A DNA stretch of 64,000 bases from a virus (IMGVR_UViG_3300013308_000020:1-64000), one strand, 5' to 3'. Positions 1 to 11,254 are shown, counted from the stretch's first letter. Notes: a model not told the origin generated them from the letters alone. A program made the numbers and translations.

Positions 1-1249
1 CTTCCTGTTTTTCTCTTAGAGTTTGTTCTGCAGGAAGTTGTGTTGCATGTCCTCTTTCAGCTCTTTCTCTTTCTTCTCTTTCTCTTTGAGAGTGTTCTGC
101 CGGAAGTTGCTCAGCTTTTCCTCTTTCTTTATTTTCTTTTTCTATTTCTTTTTCTCTTTTAGCTTCTGCTTCTTCTGCTTCTTTTTCTTCTTTCTCTATT
201 CTTTTCCGTTCTGCATTTGCTTCTTTTCCTTTTAATAAAAACTCTCCTTCTTCATCTTCTTCAAAGAGACCAGTAACTTGAATTAGAGCAGTACCAAATA
301 ATGCATCAAGAGATGTAACCATCGCAAGACTATCTTTAGGAACAGCTAAATATAGACGTAAGAAACGAGAAGCTTTATTATCTACTGGAGTACCTTGACG
401 ATTAACTTCACGTAACCAAGTAAGATGATATACTACGAAACCGTTAACACCGGCATCAATATCAACTTGAGTATAAGGAAGAATATCTCCTAGTTGACCA
501 TCACCTCTACGAGTAACACCTTGATAACCTGCACATTCAATTTCTAACTCTCTAATACTTGCAACAGTATTATCTACACTAATTGGTTTAGTAGTGATAG
601 TTTTAGCACAGCCTTCACAAACAGTTCCATCTGTACCATGAGCATCAAAAGCAAGACCTTTTTTTCTATGAGTTAGAACTAACATTTCACCATTAGGACT
701 AGCATCAACTAGACGGTCAGGGTCAGCCTGAATCTTAGCTACTAATTGTGTAACTACAACAGTACCGGAAGAACCAATTGCAGGTTTTACTTCATAATTT
801 TTTACCTTCCAATCAGTCATAATGTTTGGAGAAGTATCTACTACAGTAACTCCAGCCATAGCACCTGAAACGGTATTAACACCACCAATAATGTTATTAC
901 CAGTACTACCTAAAGTAATTACTTTAGCTGCACCTGCAACAGGAAGATACTTTTTAACTATAAAATTTCTACGATCAATTTCATCTGAAATAGTAGCTCC
1001 TTCTGCGGTATCATTAGTATCTAAAGGATTACTATCCTTAGGATTACCTCTTACCATTACAAATTTATCAACTTTTAATAATTCAGTATTATTAGGAAGT
1101 GGAATTAATAGACCTGTACTTTTATCTACTCCAAAAGCACCAGGAAGTGCTGTTCCTACTTGTTCAGGAGAAGTTGCAGGTGTAGTAGCAGCAACAGGAT
1201 CGGCATTTGTTCCGAGAAGTTTAGCTGTTGCATTACTTTTAAAACCCAT
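1..1249 (-). CDS. Virion structural protein (auxiliary capsid protein-like by position) with a highly charged C-terminal extension; runs off the left window edge
   Basis: Not in the ORF track because it has no stop in the window. ATG at 1249 gives MGFKSNATAKLLG... and reads open to position 2. Third gene downstream of the MCP, the position of conserved capsid-block genes in crAss-like phages. Confidence 0.65.
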   Translation of the reverse strand, partial: MGFKSNATAKLLGTNADPVAATTPATSPEQVGTALPGAFGVDKSTGLLIPLPNNTELLKVDKFVMVRGNPKDSNPLDTNDTAEGATISDEIDRRNFIVKKYLPVAGAAKVITLGSTGNNIIGGVNTVSGAMAGVTVVDTSPNIMTDWKVKNYEVKPAIGSSGTVVVTQLVAKIQADPDRLVDASPNGEMLVLTHRKKGLAFDAHGTDGTVCEGCAKTITTKPISVDNTVASIRELEIECAGYQGVTRRGDGQLGDILPYTQVDIDAGVNGFVVYHLTWLREVNRQGTPVDNKASRFLRLYLAVPKDSLAMVTSLDALFGTALIQVTGLFEEDEEGEFLLKGKEANAERKRIEKEEKEAEEAEAKREKEIEKENKERGKAEQLPAEHSQREREERERAERGHATQLPAEQTLREKQE

Positions 1250-1280
1250 TAATTGTTTCATATCTTTATTTTACTTTAAG

Positions 1281-2345
1281 TTATTGATTATTTAAGGTAT
1301 TATGTTGCATATCAGTTTGCCAAGTAGGGTCTTGAATCATACCTTTAAGATGAATGATTGTTTGCTCTACAACTAGTTGTGTAGAAGTGTCAGGCAAATC
1401 GACATTAACTGATCTAGCTTTTGAAGCTTCTCTAGGTTCTCTTATATAATCAATAACTAGGTTCTTTACTTTAAACGTAGTATCTTCATATACATATAAC
1501 CTATCATCACCAAGAGTAGATATAGGTGATTCCCAAGTAGTCTTTTCAAAAGGATGATTAAGAATATAATTCAAATTATTATCCTTACTAAGACGATTAG
1601 GATGTTTTGTAAATAAGTCTTTAGAGTCGTAACGATAAACCTTATTTGTAATAGTAGTAGGATTTACAGCTACGCTAATAGGGTTAGTTGTAACTGTAAT
1701 TATATAACTCATACTAAGCAATGCACTATTTGCATGTATAAAACTGTTAGGATAATATTTACCATTATATTTTTCCCAATACATATCAGAAGTATTATCA
1801 AGTATAAGTTTAACAACTTGATATTTATCATCTGAATCAGTTATTCCATTAGGCAAATAATTAGTTAGTTTAAAGAATATACCTCCTTGTTTTTTTAGCT
1901 CTAATTCCTTGAATGTGTCATAGTCAGCTAGAAAAGAGAAAGGATAGACATTTATCTTAGTATCAACTGGAGTCTTTACTATACCTTTTCTATTACATAC
2001 CATTTCAGATACGTCATCAAGTAAATGCCTATAATTAGGTGGAAGTATACCGTATGAGATATTCGTACTATCTATATAAGAAGGTATCGTTAAACCTTTA
2101 ACTTGTAATGTACTTAAACTATCTAATAGTCTTTGGTTCTGTTGAAAGTCAGTAGTACTACCAGAAGGGTTTGCGGATGTAGCAGGTAAGCGACCTCTCA
2201 ACTTACCCACTACATTATCCACAAACTTTCTTGTATAATAGTTAAGGTGAAAATCAATCTCTTCATCAAGAAGATTACCATTTGCATGGCTATTTAACTT
2301 CTGTACATCTTGGCGAACCTTGATATGAATTTCATCTATAGTCAT
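1281..2345 (-). CDS. Putative tail ring/adaptor structural protein
   Basis: 354 aa; N-terminal 'EEIDFHLN' and C-terminal 'DYIREP...DLP' pattern resemble crAss-like ring proteins; synteny downstream of the MCP. Confidence 0.55.
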   Translation of the reverse strand: MTIDEIHIKVRQDVQKLNSHANGNLLDEEIDFHLNYYTRKFVDNVVGKLRGRLPATSANPSGSTTDFQQNQRLLDSLSTLQVKGLTIPSYIDSTNISYGILPPNYRHLLDDVSEMVCNRKGIVKTPVDTKINVYPFSFLADYDTFKELELKKQGGIFFKLTNYLPNGITDSDDKYQVVKLILDNTSDMYWEKYNGKYYPNSFIHANSALLSMSYIITVTTNPISVAVNPTTITNKVYRYDSKDLFTKHPNRLSKDNNLNYILNHPFEKTTWESPISTLGDDRLYVYEDTTFKVKNLVIDYIREPREASKARSVNVDLPDTSTQLVVEQTIIHLKGMIQDPTWQTDMQHNTLNNQ

Positions 2346-2350
2346 AACTA

Positions 2351-3286
2351 TTATTTTATAATATTTATTTTAGCTAACTTTGCAAGCATGATTTGATAGT
2401 CCTTAGTATTCTTTGCATCTTTCAACCAAAGAACAGCACTTCTCTCATCATTACCAATTGTTACACTAGCAGCATCGTTATCATAGATATAAGATGTATC
2501 TACAACAAGAACGATTTTAGCATTAACAAATTTATTTAGGGTAGCTTTGATTTCAATATCTTTATCACCACAAGCATCTACAAACTTCTTAAAAGCTGTA
2601 ATTTGCTCTGTATAATCTTTGATACCGTCAGCAAGAGCTAGACCACGTAATTTAGCTTTCTGTTCAACCTTAGATATTAAATCAGGATTAATACCATGAA
2701 CAAGTAGAATAGATTCCCAGTTAGTAGTAATATCAGCAATATCAAGATATGCAGCATAAGCTTTATCTCTCCAATCACCAACTTCTATTTCTGCTTTCTG
2801 AGCAAGTTCTAAATCATGGATATAAAACTTAACTCTATTACCACCGTTTTTAGCTTCTTCTAAAGTCATACTACATTGTTTATAGTCAGGGCTAATAGCT
2901 CTCATATAAATAACGTAATCTTTAGGTTTAACAGGAAAGTCAATTACTTCATCTTTACCTGCATATTTAACCTCTTTTGGAACAGTTGCTATATTAAGTC
3001 TAAGACCTCTACCTGCCGGTACTAGCTCTCGAAGTTCGTGATAGTAAGTATTAACCTTTTCATCAAATTCCACATGGTTAGCAGATACTTGAACAAGAGA
3101 AGGTAATATAGCTACTTTCTCAATCTCCGAAAGACCAGTAACAGGTAGTTCTGTATTTGAATAACCAGCTGAACCTAAATACTTAGTAGCATTATCGTTC
3201 ATTATTTTTAATGCTTGGTTACTCTCAATATGCTTAGACGGTTTACGTTTAATGTAAACGATTTTTTCTTGTACTTTGGTACTCAT
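2351..3286 (-). CDS. Conserved crAss-like capsid-block protein
   Basis: 311 aa ORF immediately downstream of the MCP, a conserved position in Crassvirales. Confidence 0.55.
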   Translation of the reverse strand: MSTKVQEKIVYIKRKPSKHIESNQALKIMNDNATKYLGSAGYSNTELPVTGLSEIEKVAILPSLVQVSANHVEFDEKVNTYYHELRELVPAGRGLRLNIATVPKEVKYAGKDEVIDFPVKPKDYVIYMRAISPDYKQCSMTLEEAKNGGNRVKFYIHDLELAQKAEIEVGDWRDKAYAAYLDIADITTNWESILLVHGINPDLISKVEQKAKLRGLALADGIKDYTEQITAFKKFVDACGDKDIEIKATLNKFVNAKIVLVVDTSYIYDNDAASVTIGNDERSAVLWLKDAKNTKDYQIMLAKLAKINIIK

Positions 3287-3319
3287 GTTTTCTCTTTGTT
3301 TTGTTTACTTAAACATTTA

Positions 3320-4783
3320 TTAAGCTACTTCCAGTTCAAGAACGAAGCAGTTAGTATTACGCATAATCTGAACGTTACGCATAGTCATATACTCATGTGA
3401 ACTTCCGTGGAAATCGCTAGATACGAATTCAGGTTGACCTCCACCTTCTTGAGTACCAACACCGGCAACTTTTTGGAACAAGTTCTCCATGCCTTTCTTG
3501 ATAACCATTTTGATGTTAGGTTCACCATTATAAGAAGTATCATCAATGAATACCATTTTACCGGATTCAGTAGTGAAACCATCTTTGTAATGGTCAGCAA
3601 CTTCTGCACGAGGTCCATTATCAAACATATCAGATTTAACGAAGGTGAATCTATCACCATCAATAGTCCGATATTTTGTAAAGTACGCACCGTACTCCAT
3701 ATCCATTCCACTACCGGAAACCATTTTGTCAGTGCCATCGTAGAAACGACCTGCACCCCAAAGTTCTTTCATAGCAGCATCAAAGTTCTCAGCAGCAATA
3801 GTACCACCAAATACTTTAATATCACGACCTCCAGAAGCCTGGTCATTATTGGCACGGAATACAGAACGAGATATAGACTTTAACTTAGAACCAGTAAGTT
3901 TGCTATATGAATCCCAGTTAGGTATCTGTTCCCAAATACCACTACCACGACTAACAACGTTACCTGAATGTCTATCTTTCAGATAAATTTTACCATCAGG
4001 AGTCTTATTGTATTCACCTTCCCAAATACCTACTTCTTTCTCATAAGCCCACTCTTGCATGAATACCCATTTGCGGTAATCCATCCATAGAGTTTTAGCT
4101 TCAGTTCCAGCAGTAGTATAATTGAAACGAACTACTTTAGTTGGAATCTCACCTTCCCACTTATACGTCTTACGGAACGTATTGAGCATGTTCTTCTTTT
4201 TGTAAGGAGTTACAAAAAGAGAACCATTCCCACGAGAACCGGCTTTTGAGTTGATAGAAACAATCCGAGAGATTTTCTTACCAACTTCTAAATCCGATTG
4301 AGGAACGGTTTTAGCAGGGTCAGTAGAGTCAACTAGATTGAATGTACCTTTAAACATTCCATCAGCTGCATCTTCTACATCTCTACAATAAACTTTAGTA
4401 GTAGAGTTTAAGATATACTCATACGTAGGAATAAGTGCTCCTTCAGTGAAGATTTCAAAAGGAGTACCATTAATACCTATCTTAGCAGTCTGAGCACCTA
4501 CGTAATTATTCTTATAGATGGTCGTAGTACGAGTTGAAATGTTATCACTAACCGGATAATCATATTCATCTTCCGTTACATACTCAGTCTTAACCCGACC
4601 TAAAGCACCACCTTCAGTGATAGCACTCATAGGAAACTGGTTGTTTTGAGCAGCAGCCATATAAATGATATTCTGAGTAAGAGTTGCAGTACTACCTGCA
4701 AAGTGTTTCTCTAACTCATATTCATCATCATGCAGCTCTTTTGAGTATTGCATGTGATCGTTTAATAAGGTTATCTTTCCCAT
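3320..4783 (-). CDS. Major capsid protein (crAss-like, HK97 fold)
   Basis: 487 aa; terL-portal-scaffold-MCP order; 'GSGIWEQI' and 'YGAYFTKYRTIDG' segments resemble crAss-like MCPs. Confidence 0.85.
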   Translation of the reverse strand: MGKITLLNDHMQYSKELHDDEYELEKHFAGSTATLTQNIIYMAAAQNNQFPMSAITEGGALGRVKTEYVTEDEYDYPVSDNISTRTTTIYKNNYVGAQTAKIGINGTPFEIFTEGALIPTYEYILNSTTKVYCRDVEDAADGMFKGTFNLVDSTDPAKTVPQSDLEVGKKISRIVSINSKAGSRGNGSLFVTPYKKKNMLNTFRKTYKWEGEIPTKVVRFNYTTAGTEAKTLWMDYRKWVFMQEWAYEKEVGIWEGEYNKTPDGKIYLKDRHSGNVVSRGSGIWEQIPNWDSYSKLTGSKLKSISRSVFRANNDQASGGRDIKVFGGTIAAENFDAAMKELWGAGRFYDGTDKMVSGSGMDMEYGAYFTKYRTIDGDRFTFVKSDMFDNGPRAEVADHYKDGFTTESGKMVFIDDTSYNGEPNIKMVIKKGMENLFQKVAGVGTQEGGGQPEFVSSDFHGSSHEYMTMRNVQIMRNTNCFVLELEVA

Positions 4784-4826
4784 TTCAATTGTATTGATTT
4801 ATTTGATTACTTATTTAATGAGTATA

Positions 4827-5399
4827 CTAAACATACTCGGCTCTAATATAAACTTCAAATGCATAAGCACCTGTAGGGGCAGAAGCATCTAAAATAACTT
4901 GAATAGCATAATTAGATTTAAACGCTTTTAAAGTTACAGGCATGTCGGTAAGTTCTACATCATACATAGCTTGGTTATTTAAACCTACAGCTACAAAATC
5001 TGTATTAATATGTTGAACTATCTCTTGAACTATAATCGAAGAATCAACAAAAGCAGCAGAGATAATCTTTAAAGTACCAAAAGGAGTAGAAGGTATATCA
5101 GTAGTATTTATATTAGTAACCCACTTAGCACCTACAATTTTCATATCCGTACTAGGAACATAATAGGTATTAGAATTTTGCAATTCTGTAGTACCAATCA
5201 CATCTGTAGGAACTCCTTTAGTATGCTTTATTATAATACTACCTAATCTAATTAACTTAACTGTATTATCTACAGCAGTAGGTTTGTCAGATAAATCATT
5301 AATTGCATTAACACATTCATCTAACTTGTTTAATATAGGTATTACGTAGTCTACATCAGGTTGGTTTCTAAGATTATATCTGTTTAGTATGCTAATCAT
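4827..5399 (-). CDS. Putative head decoration/head fibre protein
   Basis: Short N-terminal helical segment followed by a beta-rich region; lies between the scaffold and the MCP. Function inferred from position only. Confidence 0.35.
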   Translation of the reverse strand: MISILNRYNLRNQPDVDYVIPILNKLDECVNAINDLSDKPTAVDNTVKLIRLGSIIIKHTKGVPTDVIGTTELQNSNTYYVPSTDMKIVGAKWVTNINTTDIPSTPFGTLKIISAAFVDSSIIVQEIVQHINTDFVAVGLNNQAMYDVELTDMPVTLKAFKSNYAIQVILDASAPTGAYAFEVYIRAEYV

Positions 5400-5422
5400 G
5401 ACATTTAATTAAGATAGTTAGT

Positions 5423-6532
5423 TCAAGTTCCTGGACTATCTAATCGTCTATCACTAGTATCAACTATACGATTAGAACCTCCACTCATTCTACTAGCATC
5501 GCCGCCTTTATTCTTATTAAGAATTCCAGTAACAGTTCTAGTAGTCTCTCTCGCAAGTACTAAGCCGCTAACATTCAACTTTTTCCAAACAAGATAACGA
5601 TATAAATCTTTCTCTTCAGAGGACATAGTTGCTAATGCAATGTCTATAGGACTCATACCAGGAAATCTTTCATCTCTCGCATCGTAATAATTAGCATCAG
5701 CAAAAGGCTGACGTTCAGAAGCAGGGATAATTACATTACCTAGTTTACCGGATTCTAAGACATTTCTCTCACGAGTTTGAATGTCTCTTACAAAATTGTC
5801 ATAATTTGTTTGAGCAGCAATAGCATCAGCTCTATCTTGTTGTTCCTGCGCATGTTGTCTTTCAACAGCAGTTACTTTAAGAATTTCTTTTGCATCTTCA
5901 TAAGCGGAGTTACTGTCTACAGCATTCTGAGCATACTGTGAAGCCATCTTCTCAGGAATACCTCTACGCATGAAGTCTTTGTAGAGAATATCTTTATGTC
6001 TGTTACTATCATTAGGATCTAAAGTCTCAGGGTCAATAGATGGTGCTCCTAACTTTGCGGCATAAAACTCTTCAATACTACGATTAGGATTTTGAGCTTG
6101 CCACCGCATCATCTCAATTGCTTGAGGATGCCTAGCTTCAATTTCTTGATATTCTCTTTCAACGGCTGCTTGAGAAAACTTCTCTCCTACCTTTGTAGCA
6201 AATTTAGCGATACCTTCGATACTATCTTCAATAGGTTCATCTATGTCGATACCTACTTGAGCAGCAGCTTCTTGATACCATTCCTTTGGTTCATCAGCAG
6301 GAGGGGTAATATTCTCAGGATTAGGATTAGTTGGATCAGCAACAACAGGTGGTACAACAACCATAACTGGTTCTACAGGTGGTTCTACAGGGGGAGTAGC
6401 AGGTGGAGTATTAGGTACTACTGGTTCTGCTATTATAGCTGTTGCCACATTCTGATTATTAGCATCAGGACTATCTAGTACATTACCACCTACCTGTTGC
6501 TGATTCAATTGTTTTCTCAGTTTAATAAACAT
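5423..6532 (-). CDS. Putative scaffolding/capsid assembly protein
   Basis: Acidic Pro-rich N-terminus plus helical coiled region, between portal and MCP. Confidence 0.6.
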   Translation of the reverse strand: MFIKLRKQLNQQQVGGNVLDSPDANNQNVATAIIAEPVVPNTPPATPPVEPPVEPVMVVVPPVVADPTNPNPENITPPADEPKEWYQEAAAQVGIDIDEPIEDSIEGIAKFATKVGEKFSQAAVEREYQEIEARHPQAIEMMRWQAQNPNRSIEEFYAAKLGAPSIDPETLDPNDSNRHKDILYKDFMRRGIPEKMASQYAQNAVDSNSAYEDAKEILKVTAVERQHAQEQQDRADAIAAQTNYDNFVRDIQTRERNVLESGKLGNVIIPASERQPFADANYYDARDERFPGMSPIDIALATMSSEEKDLYRYLVWKKLNVSGLVLARETTRTVTGILNKNKGGDASRMSGGSNRIVDTSDRRLDSPGT

Positions 6533-6643
6533 AATTTTCTCTTAATTAGTTAGTTAAATATATAAAAATAATTCTTACTCCTTATAATAAGACAATAGAA
6601 ATAATTTGCATTATCTCTATTGTCCTACTCCTTATAGACTTAA

Positions 6644-9055
6644 TTATTTGTCATACTTGTTCTTATTTGATTTAGCCACTTTAAGTTTAACATCAGAATC
6701 GTACTTTTTGACATTTGCATTTAAAGCATTCATACGTTCATCAGAAGCAATCTTTTCTCTTTGCAAAGTAGTTTTATTTTGTTCAGCAGCAGCCTTATTT
6801 TGTTCTGCCATAAGAGTAGCCGATGCATTCTGTATTTCTTCAACAGGTATAGGAGAATCAATACCGCTACCCATTGTATCCATAGTACTAGCTTTAATAA
6901 GAGCTACTTGAATATCTTTATTAATATCTTTCTCTTGTTTCAATAACTCGAACTGTTGCAACGCTACTTCATGTTGTTGCTGTTCTTGTTTCATTTGTTG
7001 CTCTGCTTCTTGTTGTGATTGCTGTTGTGCTTGTGCAGCCTTAGCTTCAGCTTCATCAAAAGACTTAGCAAGTTTCTTAACTTCAGACATACTATCCATG
7101 TCCAGTAATTGTGCAACAAGAGAAGTTTTAACTCCTTGCTGACCGCTATTCTGAATCATAGGTAATAGCATATCTTTAAACATTTTAACCTTTTGGCGTT
7201 CTTTACCTGCTTTCTTAGCAACTACTCTAAACTCCATTTCAGTGTAATCAGCTCCTTCTACTTGAAGAAATTCTTCTTCACCATCTCCACGTTTAAATAT
7301 AGCTTGCTTTCCATCTTTCCAAGCAAACTTAGATAAATCTAAAACTCCTTGAACATCTCTTTCTTCAAGTTCTTCAAAACGTGCAAAGTTCTCTTCACTA
7401 ATCTCACTACTTGCTTGAACTGCTTCTTGAGTTACATCTCTACCTGCACTACTACCAACTTGTCCTAAACGTTGAGGATTCATACCTACTAAATCCCAAT
7501 AAAAGTTTCTCCAAGTAATAAGTAATTCGTATCCTTTTAATACTGCATCTATCTGACTAGCTTGTAATACACTATATTGATTAAAACTTCTATCAGCACC
7601 TTTCTGATTCCGGTCTATAAATGCTATACCGAATTCTTTCATAAAGTGCATAAAATCATCTCTGTTAAAACCTGGTCTATTAGGTATAACAGAGATATCT
7701 ATAAGAAGAACATTATCATTGTTCTTAGCTAGAGTACGACCAACTCTATAACGGATTTCATTAACTTCTCTTTGAAAGTCAAGACCTAATTTAACGATAG
7801 ACATATTCTCAGCAAATCTATCAGAGAAAGCACGACCATTATAAGGAGACTTTGCAGCACCAGTAAAAGTATAACGTTGATAAGGAATAGGTCTAGGTTC
7901 AGAGAATACATCTTTAGTAATCTGATAGCATTCCCAATATTCATCTATCCATTCTTCTGAAATATCTAAATCACCATGTTCTTCATCAAATTCATAATCT
8001 TCATCTACAAACATTACTTGTTCTTCTCCAAGTATATCTATATAATGTAAAGTTTTACGAAGCATTTGACTTTTCCATACTACATGATAAAGAGTAGTAT
8101 GATGACCCATTTCTTGTTGATTAACACTACGATTATCTATATAACCTGTAGTATTACTATAACCTGTATGAACATCTCCTGCAACAAACTTACCAGGACT
8201 GAAACTAATTCCGTATCTATCTTCTATTAGTTTTAAATCCTTCTCTTTTATCTCAGGAAATTTCTGTCTAATCTTCTCAATGGGAAATCGAGTTAGTCTA
8301 CGTACCTGAGCTTCAGTATCTTCTACAAAGTCTATATCAGGAGAACCAGTATACCAAAAATCTACAGGAGCAACAGTTTCAGTTATAATAGTATCTTTCT
8401 CAACACACTTATAAGAGAACGCATAACCGGCTACTAACCAGTCGAAGAACATCTTCATTCGTTTCTCTGTAAGTTTACATTCCTCTACTATAATGTTTAA
8501 TGCTCTTTGACCTATAATACTACGTTCATCTACATAGGAAACATTAAAAGCTTTAACCATATCTTCAAGAGGTGGTTGCTCTTGAGTAGGAACACCTGTT
8601 TCCATACCTTGAGCATTCATCATATTGATTGCTTCTTGTTCAAGATACTTATTAACTTTATCGAGAAGAGCAGCAGTCTTTTTATTGATTACATCAGCAT
8701 TGATAGCTTGGACAATATAATCATTTGCTCTCATTCTCATTTCCCCCATAAACTTATTTATAATAGGGGTAATGATAGGAAAATTGCGTAACTTAGTAGC
8801 ATTACCTTTCTCAAGTATTCTTCTTTGATCTTTATTAGCTTTAGATAAACCTAGTTCATTTGTAAGGTGAGCATAATCCCTTGTATTTATATAAGAGCCA
8901 TTAGCATAACGATATAGAGGAAGAACATCATCTTTAAAGTTAGCCAAGCCTATATAATACTTGGCACTATCTTTCATTATCTTAAAGTCCTTTGCCTTCT
9001 TCTTTTTATAGCTGACAGCCTGTTCAGGCAGCATTGTATAACTATTTGTATCCAT
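6644..9055 (-). CDS. Portal protein
   Basis: 803 aa directly after terL; 'NFPIITPIINKFMGE', 'GMNPQRLGQ' and Q-rich coiled-coil C-terminus typical of crAss-like portals. Confidence 0.88.
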   Translation of the reverse strand: MDTNSYTMLPEQAVSYKKKKAKDFKIMKDSAKYYIGLANFKDDVLPLYRYANGSYINTRDYAHLTNELGLSKANKDQRRILEKGNATKLRNFPIITPIINKFMGEMRMRANDYIVQAINADVINKKTAALLDKVNKYLEQEAINMMNAQGMETGVPTQEQPPLEDMVKAFNVSYVDERSIIGQRALNIIVEECKLTEKRMKMFFDWLVAGYAFSYKCVEKDTIITETVAPVDFWYTGSPDIDFVEDTEAQVRRLTRFPIEKIRQKFPEIKEKDLKLIEDRYGISFSPGKFVAGDVHTGYSNTTGYIDNRSVNQQEMGHHTTLYHVVWKSQMLRKTLHYIDILGEEQVMFVDEDYEFDEEHGDLDISEEWIDEYWECYQITKDVFSEPRPIPYQRYTFTGAAKSPYNGRAFSDRFAENMSIVKLGLDFQREVNEIRYRVGRTLAKNNDNVLLIDISVIPNRPGFNRDDFMHFMKEFGIAFIDRNQKGADRSFNQYSVLQASQIDAVLKGYELLITWRNFYWDLVGMNPQRLGQVGSSAGRDVTQEAVQASSEISEENFARFEELEERDVQGVLDLSKFAWKDGKQAIFKRGDGEEEFLQVEGADYTEMEFRVVAKKAGKERQKVKMFKDMLLPMIQNSGQQGVKTSLVAQLLDMDSMSEVKKLAKSFDEAEAKAAQAQQQSQQEAEQQMKQEQQQHEVALQQFELLKQEKDINKDIQVALIKASTMDTMGSGIDSPIPVEEIQNASATLMAEQNKAAAEQNKTTLQREKIASDERMNALNANVKKYDSDVKLKVAKSNKNKYDK

Positions 9056-9056
9056 A

Positions 9057-11192
9057 TTAGTACATTAAGGTATGTCCACCTGTATAGTTGTCATATATAT
9101 TTATTTCATCACTAGCAGCCCATTGACCATTCATATCTTCATCACCTCCAAAGAATCGACGTCTATTAAAGAAATCATCTTCGCGTTCTTGTTCACCAAT
9201 AGAACGTTCAGTAAAGTCCATTTCCTTTTCATAGAACATTGCTATAATCATTTGTGAAACTCTATCGAAGTTACCTTTATAATTAAATGCAATTAACTCT
9301 TCTAGTGTAGCAGGGTCTCTAATCATATTAAGGTTTAGGATAGCTTTACCATTAGTATCATATCCACGCAATCTCCTTAACCAAGTATTAAGATAACCTG
9401 CTCCAGCTACTTTACGGCTTTCAGTCATGTGCATACCATAAGGACGAGCAACAGGAGAATCTTTTAGATCGTTATTATATTCAAGAGTAAATTGTGGTTC
9501 AAGCAAATGAACCTTTTTCATTAACTTAGCATTACTCAGAACATCACCTCGGTCATTCTCGAATCCTATCTTAGCATTGTAAAACTCAGCTAATTTAAAC
9601 ATTCGCCTATCATACTCTTCGGTAGATGCAGGGCGAGCATGATATTCAGCTACGATAATATCATCAGGAGAACTCCATTTGTTAACCCGTTTATAAACGG
9701 CACATGAACCTAATGATTGACCACCACTCTGAGCAAAAGGGTCATTCGCAATATAATACAAATCATCGGGTACACCACCACCTCTTGTAAAAGGAGCTTC
9801 ATACATTATTATACAACCTTCACCTGCATCCTTAGAAGTAGGGAACTTTAGTATAGGCGATAACTTCTCTATTATATCGGGATTGTCCGTTATGCGAACA
9901 TCTTCTCTTCCTAACTTATCATTAAAATAGTATTCCAAATCTATAGGAACACCTGCATTTAAGTTTCTATTTGTTCTTACAGCATTTAATTGAGACTGTA
10001 ATAGTAACTTAGGGAATATATTTCCACTAGTTTGTAAACAGGCTTCGCGAGGAGTGAAGGGATGTTCAGCAGCATGTTCATCTACTTCAGTAGGAGATGT
10101 AGCATTGGCTGCAATAATCTCACGTTGGTTTTCCTCAAATGCTTTAGCTTCTGCATGATGAGAGTTACCATCATCATCCATGAAACTACCTGCGTTAATA
10201 TAATCGGGAATAAAAAGACCACAACTAGTCCCTAAACCACCTTCATCCCAAAAGTTTTCAACGCACACAGCATTATAGGCATTCGGATTATAGAACATCT
10301 CTTCAACATCCTCGAAATTTGCGCCTTCAGTACCACCAGTACCTTGACCAATCATGAAGCCTGTTACAATATCTCTATCTTCTACAGAAGGACGAGCAAT
10401 ATTCCATGCACGCTTAAAGCCAGGGAATTTACCTGCTTCCTCCCATACTATTAACTTACCCCGTTTACCACGAGCTTTCTGAACATCATTCTTTAGAGTT
10501 ACCCCTATTATATGACTCATATAACCTGCATCACTTTCAACACCATTAATAGTGTTCTTGTATCCAGCAGTTTTGTGCATAGGAGCGTTCTTGAGTCTAC
10601 GCTTGCGCCATGCAGTATTTTGATCAATGAAATCTAGATAAGACCACGCTTTAGTTAAGATACCATCTTTAGTTAAGAACTCATTTTCAGATGCAATAGC
10701 ATAACTCTTACTTTTACGGATAAGATAATAGTTACGTGCCATCATAGCACCACCTTTAAATGAATATCCTTTACCCCTAGCTTTAAGAACTATAAGATGT
10801 TTTCTATTTCCATCATTAAGAACATTAAGACCTCTTATATCTATAAGAGGATTATGTGGATTCTCGCATCTTTCTACTACGTTAAAGTATTGATGGTCGC
10901 CATCCCAAAATGCAGGAAAGAAATCGTCCTTTTCAGTTATTACATATTTCTCTTTACTATTATGTACTGTTCCATAAGTATCTTCTGTACGCATAATCTT
11001 ACAGAAGTTCAAATAGAAATAATGGTAGCCTGTGATATATGTATCTCCTATCTTAACTCCATGCAAACACTTCTCTATTTCATTATCCCAAAACTCCTTA
11101 TACTCTATATGGTCAGGTGGAATGTCGGTGTATCTGCTATACTTAGTATGATATTGTGCTACTCTCTGAAACTCTCTTGTATTGACTAGCAT
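9057..11192 (-). CDS. terL: Terminase large subunit
   Basis: 'GYHYFYLNF', Walker A 'KARGKGYS', Walker B 'IVWEEAG', 'GTGG' coupling motif, nuclease 'IANDP' and 'GNFDRV'. Confidence 0.93.
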   Translation of the reverse strand: MLVNTREFQRVAQYHTKYSRYTDIPPDHIEYKEFWDNEIEKCLHGVKIGDTYITGYHYFYLNFCKIMRTEDTYGTVHNSKEKYVITEKDDFFPAFWDGDHQYFNVVERCENPHNPLIDIRGLNVLNDGNRKHLIVLKARGKGYSFKGGAMMARNYYLIRKSKSYAIASENEFLTKDGILTKAWSYLDFIDQNTAWRKRRLKNAPMHKTAGYKNTINGVESDAGYMSHIIGVTLKNDVQKARGKRGKLIVWEEAGKFPGFKRAWNIARPSVEDRDIVTGFMIGQGTGGTEGANFEDVEEMFYNPNAYNAVCVENFWDEGGLGTSCGLFIPDYINAGSFMDDDGNSHHAEAKAFEENQREIIAANATSPTEVDEHAAEHPFTPREACLQTSGNIFPKLLLQSQLNAVRTNRNLNAGVPIDLEYYFNDKLGREDVRITDNPDIIEKLSPILKFPTSKDAGEGCIIMYEAPFTRGGGVPDDLYYIANDPFAQSGGQSLGSCAVYKRVNKWSSPDDIIVAEYHARPASTEEYDRRMFKLAEFYNAKIGFENDRGDVLSNAKLMKKVHLLEPQFTLEYNNDLKDSPVARPYGMHMTESRKVAGAGYLNTWLRRLRGYDTNGKAILNLNMIRDPATLEELIAFNYKGNFDRVSQMIIAMFYEKEMDFTERSIGEQEREDDFFNRRRFFGGDEDMNGQWAASDEINIYDNYTGGHTLMY

Positions 11193-11254
11193 CTTTTTTC
11201 TCTATTTTACTAAAACTTTCTCTCATTATTAGAACGATATTCAATATCTTTCGT

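Noticed and set aside
23-1295. Plus-strand ORFs 23-235 and 822-1295
   Set aside because: Antisense shadows of the real minus-strand gene starting at 1249.
3385-3756. 123-aa alternative-frame ORF inside the MCP gene as a frameshift product
   Set aside because: It ends before the MCP stop, has shadow-frame composition, and I found no slippery site.
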